From Thermoanaerobaculia bacterium (lineage in GTDB: Bacteria; Acidobacteriota; Thermoanaerobaculia; UBA5066; Gp7-AA6), in NCBI GenBank assembly GCA_036505535.1, contig DASXTI010000062.1:39249-103248 (forward strand): a stretch of DNA of 64,000 nt, written 5' to 3'. The translations under genes were made by a program, and so were the position numbers. The notes under the pieces are model-generated. The model was given only the letters and a program-made list of their open reading frames with translations. It was not told where the DNA came from and made no database searches. Each line of letters opens with the position of its first letter. The first letter of the stretch is position 1. This document shows positions 16,798 to 25,135 of the stretch, one piece after another.

Positions 16798-17803
16798 GGC
16801 GGGACTCCCGGTCGTGCTCTCCGGCCTGCGGCCCACAGGGCGCGTGCACCTCGGCAACTACTTTGGGGCGGTCAAGAACTGGGTCGATCTGGAGGAGAGC
16901 CGAAAGTATCGCTGCTTCTTCTTCGTCGCGGACCTACACGCGCTGACGACCGACTACGCGGACACGGAGGCACTCGCCGCAAACACCCGGGAGGCGGTGC
17001 TCGACTGGCTGGCCGTGGGGCTGAATCCCGAGGGAGCCACCGTCTTCCTCCAATCCCGAGTCCCCGAGCATGCCGAGCTCGCGCTCTACTTTTCGATGAT
17101 CACGCCGCTCGGGTGGCTCGAGCGAGTGCCTTCGTACAAGGATCAGATCGAACAGCTTCGATCCCGAGACCTCGGGACGCACGGTTTTCTGGGCTATCCG
17201 GTCCTGATGACGGCCGACATCGCGCTGTATCGCGCGAATCTCGTCCCCGTCGGGGAGGACCAGGCCAGTCACCTCGAGATCTGCCGGGAGATCGTGCGGC
17301 GATTCAACGGGCTCTACGGAGAGGTCTTCCCGGAGCCCAAGGCGCTCTACACCCCGACGCCCCGAGTCAACGGCATCGACGGCCGGAAGATGTCGAAGTC
17401 CTACAACAACACGATCGGCATCACCGAGTCCGCCGAAGGGGTCTCCGAAAAGGTCATGGCGATGGTCACCGACCCCGCCCGCGTCCGCCGGCGGGATCCG
17501 GGCAATCCCGACAACTGCAATCTCTTTCCGTTCCACCAGCTCTTCTCGCCCCCCAACGAAGTCGAGGTCGTCGACGTGGAGTGCCGGACCGCGGCCCGAG
17601 GCTGCGTCGACTGCAAGCTCCATCTGATTGGGAACTTGAACGCGGCGCTCGAGCCCTTCCGCCGTAAACGCGAGGAGCTTCTCTCGGCTCCGGGGGACGT
17701 CGTGCGCGACGTGCTCCACGCCGGCGATCGAAAGGCGCGTGCGGTGGCCAAGGAGACGATGGAAAACGTGCGAGCGGCAGTGAAGCTGTCACCGGAGCCG
17801 TGA
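16790..17803 (+). CDS. trpS: Tryptophan--tRNA ligase
   Basis: Class I aaRS signatures: GLRPTGRVHLGNYFG (HIGH-like) and KMSKS. Length is typical of TrpRS. Confidence 0.9.
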   Translation: MAEAGLPVVLSGLRPTGRVHLGNYFGAVKNWVDLEESRKYRCFFFVADLHALTTDYADTEALAANTREAVLDWLAVGLNPEGATVFLQSRVPEHAELALYFSMITPLGWLERVPSYKDQIEQLRSRDLGTHGFLGYPVLMTADIALYRANLVPVGEDQASHLEICREIVRRFNGLYGEVFPEPKALYTPTPRVNGIDGRKMSKSYNNTIGITESAEGVSEKVMAMVTDPARVRRRDPGNPDNCNLFPFHQLFSPPNEVEVVDVECRTAARGCVDCKLHLIGNLNAALEPFRRKREELLSAPGDVVRDVLHAGDRKARAVAKETMENVRAAVKLSPEP

Positions 17804-17812
17804 GCCTCGACG

Positions 17813-18577
17813 ATGGCCGACGAAACCACGCAGAGCCCCCTTCCACCGGTCGCGATCGCGGCCTTCAGCGGCCCTCTCGACTTACTCCTGCACTTGATCC
17901 GAATCAACGAGGTCTCGATCACCGACATCCCGATCGCCGAGATCACCGAGCAGTACACCGGGCACCTCGACGCCATGCGCGAGCTCGATCTAGACGTGGC
18001 CTCCGAGTACATAGCGCTGGCGGCCGAGCTCATCTACATCAAGTCTCGGATGCTGCTGCCGCGCATTCCCGGGGTCGAAGAGGCGGACCCTCGCGCCGAG
18101 CTCGCCCAACGCCTGCTCGACTACGAAAAGTTCAAGAAGTCTGCCGAGACACTCCATGCGATCGACACGTTGCGCGGGGGTCTCTGGCCGCGCCCGGAGC
18201 CGGAGATCCCTGCGGGGGATTCCGCGGAGACCCTCGAGGTCTCACTCTTTGATCTCATCGAGACGTTCCGCAAAGTCACCGACCAGTACCGTCTGGCGCA
18301 TCCCCCGGCTCTCGCGATCCATCATCTCCGTTTCTCGGTGGGGGACAAGATGCGAGAACTGCTCGAGCGTCTGGACGAGGCGCGTACTCTACCACTGCTG
18401 GAATTGCTCGGCCAGATGCGGTACCGCGCGGAAGCGGTGACGGCGTTTCTTGCCTGCCTCGAGCTCATCCGTCTCGGGGTGGTCCGCGTCTTTCAGGCGC
18501 GACCCTTTTCCGAGATCCGCGCCAGCCGCACGGATCTTGCGTTTTCGGCCGAGCAGATACGCGATAATTACGCGTGA
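17813..18577 (+). CDS. scpA: Segregation and condensation protein A
   Basis: N-terminal FSGPLDLLLHLIRINEVSITDIPIAEITEQY is typical of ScpA. Followed by scpB with a GTGA overlap. Confidence 0.9.
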   Translation: MADETTQSPLPPVAIAAFSGPLDLLLHLIRINEVSITDIPIAEITEQYTGHLDAMRELDLDVASEYIALAAELIYIKSRMLLPRIPGVEEADPRAELAQRLLDYEKFKKSAETLHAIDTLRGGLWPRPEPEIPAGDSAETLEVSLFDLIETFRKVTDQYRLAHPPALAIHHLRFSVGDKMRELLERLDEARTLPLLELLGQMRYRAEAVTAFLACLELIRLGVVRVFQARPFSEIRASRTDLAFSAEQIRDNYA

Positions 18578-19263
18578 CGGAAACGATGGCCGATGAACCT
18601 CCCGCCGCGGCTCTTGCGCGAGAGACCTCCCGCTCGCAGATCCTTCCGGCGGTGGAGGCCGTGCTCTTCTCCTCGCCGCGCCCGGTGCGCGAGAAGGAGC
18701 TGGCCGAGTTGCTCGAGGCGGAGCCCGCGGCGGTGGCGGAGGCGCTGGAGATCCTCGCGTCTCGGAGCGAGCGAGCCGACCGCGGCGTCCTCCTCGAGAA
18801 GGTCGCCGGCGGGTGGCGCTTCGTGACCCGAGCCGAGTTCGACTCGTTGCTGCGGAAGTTTCACGAGGTCACCGAGCGAAGCCGGCTCTCGCTCGCGGCC
18901 TTGGAAACGCTCGCGATCATTGCTTACCGCCAGCCCATCACGCTTCCGGAGATCCAGGATATTCGGGGGGTGAACTCCGCGAGCGTCGTGAAGACACTTT
19001 TCGAGAAGAAGCTGATCACCACGTCCGGAAAGAAGCCCGTCGTTGGCACGCCGTTTCTCTACAGAACGACCCAGGATTTCCTGGTGCGCTTCGGATTGAA
19101 CGATCTGTCCGAGCTGCCGCGCCCCGAAGACCTCGACGCGGACCTGGCTGCGACCATTGAGGCCCGCGAAATCGCGGCTCCGACGGCGGAGCCTCCCTCC
19201 ATCCACATCGAGTCCGATCGGGATTTCGAGTCGGAGGCCAACGCGTCCGAAGCGGAGGATTGA
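18574..19263 (+). CDS. scpB: Segregation and condensation protein B
   Basis: AVEAVLFSSPRPV...GGWRFVTRAEF...LETLAIIAYRQPITLPEIQDIRGV winged-helix ScpB pattern. Confidence 0.9.
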   Translation: MTETMADEPPAAALARETSRSQILPAVEAVLFSSPRPVREKELAELLEAEPAAVAEALEILASRSERADRGVLLEKVAGGWRFVTRAEFDSLLRKFHEVTERSRLSLAALETLAIIAYRQPITLPEIQDIRGVNSASVVKTLFEKKLITTSGKKPVVGTPFLYRTTQDFLVRFGLNDLSELPRPEDLDADLAATIEAREIAAPTAEPPSIHIESDRDFESEANASEAED

Positions 19264-20015
19264 ATCTGGCGCTCGTCCGGGTTCAAAAGATCATCGCCAC
19301 CGCCGGGCTGGCCTCCCGACGCGCGGCGGAAGAGTGGATCCGGGAAGGGCGCGTGCGCGTCAACGGGCGGGTTGCTGCGCTCGGAGATCGTGCCGACCCG
19401 CAGACCGACTCGATCAAAGTCGATGACCGACGGGTTCGCCTCGATTGCAGCCCGCGTACCTACATCCTGCTGAACAAACCGCGAGGCTATGTCACGACGG
19501 TCTCCGACCCGGAAGGGCGCGACACGGTGCTCCAGCTGATTCCAGGGAGGCTGCGACGCGGCGTCAAACCGGTCGGACGGCTCGATGTCCAGACCGAAGG
19601 GCTCCTCCTTCTGACCGACGACGGCGATCTGGCACGCCGGATCACCCATCCCTCGACCGGCTGTCCCAAAGAGTACATGGTCAAGGTGGCGGGGGAGCCT
19701 CCCCCGGCTCGTCTCCAGAGGCTCCAGCGCGGGATCCGCTTGGACGACGAGACGACACGGCCCTGCGAGATCGAACGCGTTTCGGGCACCCCGCGAAGAG
19801 GGGGGGAGGAAGGCAATACCTGGCTTCGGGTCACGCTGCGGGAGGGACGGACGAGGCAGATTCGCCGGATGTTCGCCGTCGTCGGCCATCCCGTTTCGAA
19901 ATTGAAGCGGGTCGCGATCGGCCCCGTGCGCGATCCGAAACTTCCGCCCGGCGCTTATCGCCGGCTCTCCGCGTCCGAGGTCGCCGCCTTGAAGCGCCTC
20001 GGCGAGTCGCGTTGA
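19260..20015 (+). CDS. rluB: rRNA pseudouridine synthase (RsuA/RluB family)
   Basis: N-terminal S4 domain (RVQKIIATAGLASRRAAEEWI) and catalytic GRLDVQTEGLLLLTDDG motif. TTGA overlap start. Confidence 0.85.
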   Translation: MNLALVRVQKIIATAGLASRRAAEEWIREGRVRVNGRVAALGDRADPQTDSIKVDDRRVRLDCSPRTYILLNKPRGYVTTVSDPEGRDTVLQLIPGRLRRGVKPVGRLDVQTEGLLLLTDDGDLARRITHPSTGCPKEYMVKVAGEPPPARLQRLQRGIRLDDETTRPCEIERVSGTPRRGGEEGNTWLRVTLREGRTRQIRRMFAVVGHPVSKLKRVAIGPVRDPKLPPGAYRRLSASEVAALKRLGESR

Positions 20016-20689
20016 GAAGGCCTCTCATCGTCGCGATCGACGGCCCTTCGGGCGCCGGAAAATCGACCGTCGCCCGGGCGCTCGCCGCGCGGCTCGGCGT
20101 TCCCTACATCGACACCGGCGCCATGTATCGGGCGGTTGGTCTCGCGGCGGCGGAGCGCGGCATCGCACTGCCGATCGACTCCCCCGAGGCCGTGACCGCC
20201 GTCGCCGGCTCGGTTTCGATCGAGCTTCGTCCGTCGCCCGAGGGGACCCGCGTCTTCCTCGACGGCCGGGACGTCTCGGAGAAGATCCGACGCCCCGAAA
20301 TCTCCCGTTACGCCTCGGCGGTCTCCGCCATTCCGGCGGTGCGCCGGGTTCTCGTGCGGGAGCAGCAACGTCTCGGCCGGGAGCGCGGCGGCGTGCTGGA
20401 GGGCAGGGACATCGGCACGAAGGTCTTTCCGGAAACACCCTTCAAGTTCTTCCTGACGGCCGAGCCCGCCGTACGCGCCGAGCGGCGGGTCCGCGAGCTC
20501 GCCGGCCTCGGGACGCCCCAGCGCTTCGACGAGGTGCTGCGGGAGATGGAAAAACGCGACCGGGACGACGGTTCCCGCGCCGATTCACCGCTGACGCTCG
20601 ATGGTCGGTATGTCCTGATCGATTCCAGCCGCAGGCCGGTCGAGGAGGTCGTGTCGGAGATCGAGCAGCGCGTGCGCGAAGGCATTTGA
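20012..20689 (+). CDS. cmk: Cytidylate kinase
   Basis: TTG at 20012 within ORF 19445..20689. P-loop IAIDGPSGAGKST followed by YIDTGAMYRA. Confidence 0.9.
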   Translation: MRRPLIVAIDGPSGAGKSTVARALAARLGVPYIDTGAMYRAVGLAAAERGIALPIDSPEAVTAVAGSVSIELRPSPEGTRVFLDGRDVSEKIRRPEISRYASAVSAIPAVRRVLVREQQRLGRERGGVLEGRDIGTKVFPETPFKFFLTAEPAVRAERRVRELAGLGTPQRFDEVLREMEKRDRDDGSRADSPLTLDGRYVLIDSSRRPVEEVVSEIEQRVREGI

Positions 20690-20714
20690 CTCCGCTCGAC
20701 TCGGCACATAGGAT
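20686..20714 (+). promoter_or_regulatory. Candidate sigma-70 promoter TTGACT-N17-TAGGAT upstream of rpsA
   Basis: Seen in sequence, overlapping the cmk stop. Assignment is by consensus resemblance only. Confidence 0.4.
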
Positions 20715-20759
20715 ATTGCTTTGCGTCTCAGCGACTTATGAGAGGGGACCCCTTGTTCC

Positions 20760-22520
20760 ATGGCGGCTGAAAAGCGTAAAGGAGGTCGGGAAACCGAACC
20801 GATGGAAACCGAACAGGAACTCACGCCTCAGGAGTACGAACACCTCCTGGCTCAGTACGAGAACTCGTTCAAGAACTTGCAGGAGGGACAGATCATCCGA
20901 GGCCGAGTTCTGGCGATCACCCCGTCGGAAGTGATCGTCGACATCGGCTACAAGTCGGAGGGCATCATTTCCCTCTCCGAGTTCACCGACTTCTCCGGCC
21001 AGGTCACCATCAAGCAGGGCGACCCGGTCGACGTTCTCCTCGAACGGACGGAAGACCAGAACGGCTACGTCGTCTTATCGAAGGACAAGGCCGAGAAGAT
21101 GAAGGTCTGGGACGAGGTCGAGAAATCCTACCGTTCGGGCTCCACCGTTCGGGGGCGCGTCATCGATCGGATCAAGGGGGGCCTCGCCGTCGACATCGGC
21201 GTGAAGGCCTTCCTGCCCGGCTCGCTGGTGGACGTGAAGCCGGTCAAGAACCTCGAGGCGCTCCGCGGCAAGGACCTCGATTTCAAAGTCATCTCCGTGG
21301 ACAAGAAGCGGGGCAACATCGTCCTATCGCGCAAGGCCGTGGTCGAAGTGGAGCAGGAGGCGCGCAAGAAGGAGACTCTGCAATTGCTCGAGGAGGGGCG
21401 AGTTCTTCGCGGCACCGTCAAGAACTTGACCGACTACGGCGCCTTCGTCGATCTCGGCGGGCTCGACGGTCTGCTTCACGTGACCGACATGTCCTGGGGG
21501 CGCGTCAACCACCCCTCCGATCTGGTGAAGGTGGGGGATGAGATCGAGGTCGTCGTTTTGAAGTTCGACCGCGAGACCGAGCGTGTCTCGCTCGGGACAA
21601 AGCAACTGACCGAGGATCCGTGGGCCCATGTGCCCGAGAAGTACCCGGCGGGCTCCCGGGTGACCGGCCGTGTGACGAACGTGACGGACTACGGCGCCTT
21701 CGTGGAGCTCGAAGGCGGTGTCGAGGGGTTGGTCCACGTCTCCGAGATGTCCTGGTCGAAGAAGATCAAGAATCCGTCCAAGGTCGTCTCGCCCGGCGAC
21801 ACCGTCGAGGCTGTCGTTTCGGACGTCAACCCCGAGGCGCGCCGGATCTCCCTCTCGCTGAAGGACACGCTTCCGGACCCGTGGGAAACCGTCATGCAAA
21901 AGTACAGGGTCGGCAGCCGCGTCTCGGGCAAGGTACGCAACCTCACGGATTTCGGCGCCTTCGTCGAGATCGAGGAGGGGGTCGACGGGCTCGTGCACGT
22001 TTCCGACATGTCGTGGACGCGGCGTGTCAAACATCCCTCCGAGGTCCTCAAGAAGGGGGATGACGTCGAGGCGATCATCACCTCCATCGACCAGGACAAC
22101 CGCCGGATTTCCCTCTCGATCAAGGAATTCCAGCCCAATGACTGGCAAACCTTCAAAGAAAAGCACCAGCCCGGCGACATCGTCGACGGTGTCGTGACCC
22201 GCGTGGCGGACTTCGGGGTCTTCGTTCAGATCGAAGGGCTCGTCGAGGGGCTCATGCACGTATCCGAGACGCCGCTCGCCCGCGGCCAAAAACCTCAGGA
22301 TCACTACAAAGAGGGGGAGGCGGTCCGCGCCCGGATCCTGCGGATCGAGGACGCGGAAATGAAGGTGGGTCTCTCGGGCCTCCATCTCGATGAAGCCGCC
22401 CCGGCCGCTGCGGAACCGACCGCCCCCGCCCCGGAACCGGTCCCGGCGGAAGAGAAAGGCGCCGCTCCCAAGAAGAAGCGGACCCGCAAGAAGGCCGACG
22501 AGGCGGCGACCAAGGAGTAA
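20760..22520 (+). CDS. rpsA: 30S ribosomal protein S1
   Basis: Six S1/OB repeats (G.V...T.FGAFV...G..GL.H.S). The start could instead be the ATG at 20801 (METEQ...). Confidence 0.95.
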   Translation: MAAEKRKGGRETEPMETEQELTPQEYEHLLAQYENSFKNLQEGQIIRGRVLAITPSEVIVDIGYKSEGIISLSEFTDFSGQVTIKQGDPVDVLLERTEDQNGYVVLSKDKAEKMKVWDEVEKSYRSGSTVRGRVIDRIKGGLAVDIGVKAFLPGSLVDVKPVKNLEALRGKDLDFKVISVDKKRGNIVLSRKAVVEVEQEARKKETLQLLEEGRVLRGTVKNLTDYGAFVDLGGLDGLLHVTDMSWGRVNHPSDLVKVGDEIEVVVLKFDRETERVSLGTKQLTEDPWAHVPEKYPAGSRVTGRVTNVTDYGAFVELEGGVEGLVHVSEMSWSKKIKNPSKVVSPGDTVEAVVSDVNPEARRISLSLKDTLPDPWETVMQKYRVGSRVSGKVRNLTDFGAFVEIEEGVDGLVHVSDMSWTRRVKHPSEVLKKGDDVEAIITSIDQDNRRISLSIKEFQPNDWQTFKEKHQPGDIVDGVVTRVADFGVFVQIEGLVEGLMHVSETPLARGQKPQDHYKEGEAVRARILRIEDAEMKVGLSGLHLDEAAPAAAEPTAPAPEPVPAEEKGAAPKKKRTRKKADEAATKE

Positions 22521-22573
22521 CGCGTTTCCCGCCGGACGGGATCTTCCCGTCGGTTCGCCAGGAGACACGGGCG

Positions 22574-22849
22574 ATGACGAAGGCCGAACTGATCGAGCGC
22601 GTGGCGGTCGCGACGGACGTGACCAAGAAGCAGGCAGAGGCGATCGTCGACACCGTATTCGAAGCCATCGTGCGTTCGTTGAAGGAGGGGCAGAAGATCG
22701 AGCTGCGAGGCTTCGGCTCCTTCCGCCTGAGGGAGCGGGGGGCGCGGATGGGCCGGAACCCGAAGACCGGTGTCAAGGTTTCCGTCCCCGCAAAGAAGAT
22801 CCCCTATTTCAAGCCGGGCAAGGAGCTGAAGGAACTGATTAACCGGTAA
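22574..22849 (+). CDS. HU/IHF family DNA-binding protein (IHF-beta-like)
   Basis: 91 aa. MTKAELIERVA...GFGSFRLRERGARMGRNPKTG..V.VPAKKIPYFKPGKELK. AGGAG SD 8 nt upstream. Confidence 0.9.
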   Translation: MTKAELIERVAVATDVTKKQAEAIVDTVFEAIVRSLKEGQKIELRGFGSFRLRERGARMGRNPKTGVKVSVPAKKIPYFKPGKELKELINR

Positions 22850-23340
22850 TGCCGGACGTTCTCTTCGCCCCCTGGCGCTACGAGTACCTCGTGTCGGAAA
22901 AGCAGAACGGTTGCATTTTCTGCGAGGCGGCGGCCTCGGACGACGACGACCGATCCCTCGTCATCTACCGCGGAAAGAGGGTGTTCGTGCTTCTGAACCG
23001 ATACCCCTACACCAACGGACATGTGATGGTGGCGCCGTTGGCGCACGAGGCCTGGTTCTCGGATTCGAGCGCCGATACCCTTTCGGAACTGATCACGACG
23101 GTCGCTCGCGCCGAAAGGATTCTGGTCTCTGCATACAGGACCGACGGATTAAACGTCGGCGTCAATTTCGGATCCGCGGCGGGTGCCGGCGTTGCGAGCC
23201 ATTACCACGTGCACGTCGTGCCGCGCTGGGCCGGCGACACCAATTTCATGACCGTCGCCGCGGGCGTCCGTGTCGTTCCCGAGGATCTTTCGGCGACGCG
23301 CCGGCGGCTGATTCCCCTTTTCGCCGAGGAAGGCGCTTGA
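22849..23340 (+). CDS. HIT family hydrolase/phosphorylase
   Basis: Histidine-triad motif HYHVHVVPR. CIFC near the N-terminus. Confidence 0.85.
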   Translation: MPDVLFAPWRYEYLVSEKQNGCIFCEAAASDDDDRSLVIYRGKRVFVLLNRYPYTNGHVMVAPLAHEAWFSDSSADTLSELITTVARAERILVSAYRTDGLNVGVNFGSAAGAGVASHYHVHVVPRWAGDTNFMTVAAGVRVVPEDLSATRRRLIPLFAEEGA

Positions 23341-23732
23341 ACGAAACGGCCGCCGCTGCCTCTCGGCGTCCGCTCGTCGTCGCCATGATCCTGGCCTGGC
23401 TCTTCCCCGGCCTCGGCCACTTTTACCTGGGCCGCCGCACGACCGCCGTGGCATATGCCGTGATCGTGACGGCCACCTTTCTCGCGGGCGTTTCCTTCCA
23501 GGGGCGGCTGTATACGGTCGAGGCGGGCCAGCCGCTGACGATCCTCGCCACGTTCGCGGTATACGGGGCGGGTCTTCTCAACATCGCGGCCCGCCTGCTC
23601 TCCGACAATCCGGCCGGCACGATCCTCGCCGCCACGTACGAATACGGCTGCGCGTATCTGCTGACGGCGGGGCTCATGAATCTGCTTCTCATCCTCGACG
23701 CGCATGACATCGCCGCGGGCCGCAAGCGATGA
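23337..23732 (+). CDS. Small integral membrane protein (unknown function)
   Basis: TTG at 23337 (TTGA overlap) within ORF 22911..23732. About four hydrophobic helices (AMILAWLFPGLGHFYLG...). Start uncertain. Confidence 0.55.
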   Translation: MNETAAAASRRPLVVAMILAWLFPGLGHFYLGRRTTAVAYAVIVTATFLAGVSFQGRLYTVEAGQPLTILATFAVYGAGLLNIAARLLSDNPAGTILAATYEYGCAYLLTAGLMNLLLILDAHDIAAGRKR

Positions 23733-23917
23733 TCGCGATCATCCCGACGGATCACTTCCTCATCATGACGCTCTATGCGTTGCTGGTGTCGGCGTTCTTT
23801 GCGCTTCTCTGGCGGGAGACCCGGCGGGAGAGGTTGAGGCTGTTTGGAATCCTCCTCGCGTCGCTCGTGCTGGGCGGACTGGCCGTGGCATGGCTGATGT
23901 ATCCGTTTCCGAGTTAG
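23729..23917 (+). CDS. Hypothetical 62-aa two-helix membrane protein
   Basis: ATGA overlap with the upstream gene and two hydrophobic segments. No recognisable family. Confidence 0.45.
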   Translation: MIAIIPTDHFLIMTLYALLVSAFFALLWRETRRERLRLFGILLASLVLGGLAVAWLMYPFPS

Positions 23918-23978
23918 GGGTCAGGAGTCAGCAGTCAGGAGAAAGATGAGACTCCCGACTCGCAGACTCCCGGCTAAG
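23917..23978. repeat. Imperfect inverted heptad element (GGGGTCA GGAGTCA GCAGTCA GGAG / GAGACTC CCGACTC GCAGACTC CCGGCTAAG)
   Basis: Seen in sequence. It starts on the upstream TAG stop and ends 9 nt before the lpxB GTG. Confidence 0.85.
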
Positions 23979-23986
23979 CTATTCCC

Positions 23987-25135
23987 GTGAACCTTCTCAT
24001 CTCGGCCGGCGAGGCGTCGGGCGACCTCCACGGTGCCCGCCTCCTGCAGGCTCTGAAGGCGGCCCGGCCGACGCTCTCCGCATTCGGCATGGGAGGCACG
24101 AGACTCGAGAGCGCAGGGCTCGAGCGGATCATCAAGTCGGAGGCGCTGTCGGTCGTCGGAATATCCGAAGTCCTCGAGAAGCTGCCCGCTCTCCTTCGTG
24201 CGCTGCACGCGTTGAAAGCGGCGGCCCGGAGTCGGCGGCCCGAAGCGGCGGTCCTCGTCGACTTTCCCGATTTTCACGGGCTTCTGGCGCGGAGGCTCCG
24301 GCGGGAGGGGGTTCCGTTGATCTATTACGTGAGCCCGCAGGTCTGGGCCTGGCGGCGCTGGAGGGCGCGTGTCATCGCGGAGCGCGCGCGGCGGATCATC
24401 ACGCTGTTTCCTTTCGAAGCCGAGATCTACAGAGAGCTCGGCGCCGACGCGGTCTGTGCCGGACATCCTCTCGTCGAGGACGTCCGGGAAGGATTGACCC
24501 TGCCGTCGCCGTTGCCGATCAAAACGCGGCGGCGTCTGGTCTTGCTTCCCGGCAGCCGCGGCGCCGAGTTGCACCGTCATTGGGAAACGATCGCCTCGGC
24601 CGCCTCGCGCCTCGCCGAGCGTTTCGACCTGGAGGTCGTCGCGATCCGGGCCACGGCGTTGCCTGAATCGCTCTTCGCCGGCGCCGCCGAGCGGGGTATC
24701 CGGGTCGTCGCGACGGGTGCGCATTCGATTCTGGCCTCCGCCGACCTTGCGTTCGTCGCTTCCGGATCGGCGACGCTCGAGGCGGCGCTCTGCGGAGCCC
24801 CGATGGTCGTCGTCTACCGGACTTCGGCCTTCAGCCACGCGATCGCAAAGTCTCTGGTCAGACTCCGCTGGATCTCGCTCGTCAACATCGTGGCGGGAGA
24901 GGAAATCGTGCCGGAGCTCATCCAGGAGAAGCTGACCGTGGAGAACCTGGAGCGGGCCGGCGAGGATCTGCTGCGTTCTCCGGGTCGCGCGGAGGCCATG
25001 AAGAGAGGCCTCTCACGGGTGGCTCGGGAGCTCGGCCCCCCTGGCGCCAGCGCTCGGGCCGCCGAGTACGTTCTTTCGGCCCTCGACCCCTCCGCCTCCC
25101 GCCTCCCGCCGGCCGCCTCCCGACTCGCCTTATGA
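23987..25135 (+). CDS. lpxB: Lipid-A-disaccharide synthase
   Basis: N-terminal LLISAGEASGDLHGARLL and overall LpxB-like length. GTG start. Confidence 0.9.
   Translation: MNLLISAGEASGDLHGARLLQALKAARPTLSAFGMGGTRLESAGLERIIKSEALSVVGISEVLEKLPALLRALHALKAAARSRRPEAAVLVDFPDFHGLLARRLRREGVPLIYYVSPQVWAWRRWRARVIAERARRIITLFPFEAEIYRELGADAVCAGHPLVEDVREGLTLPSPLPIKTRRRLVLLPGSRGAELHRHWETIASAASRLAERFDLEVVAIRATALPESLFAGAAERGIRVVATGAHSILASADLAFVASGSATLEAALCGAPMVVVYRTSAFSHAIAKSLVRLRWISLVNIVAGEEIVPELIQEKLTVENLERAGEDLLRSPGRAEAMKRGLSRVARELGPPGASARAAEYVLSALDPSASRLPPAASRLAL

Noticed and set aside
22532-22553. Hairpin CCGGACGGGA-TCTT-CCCGTCGG after rpsA as an intrinsic terminator
   Set aside because: The stem has a bulge and there is no following T-run. 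The IHF-like gene follows 20 nt later with its own SD. It may be an attenuator, but the evidence is too weak to list as a feature.
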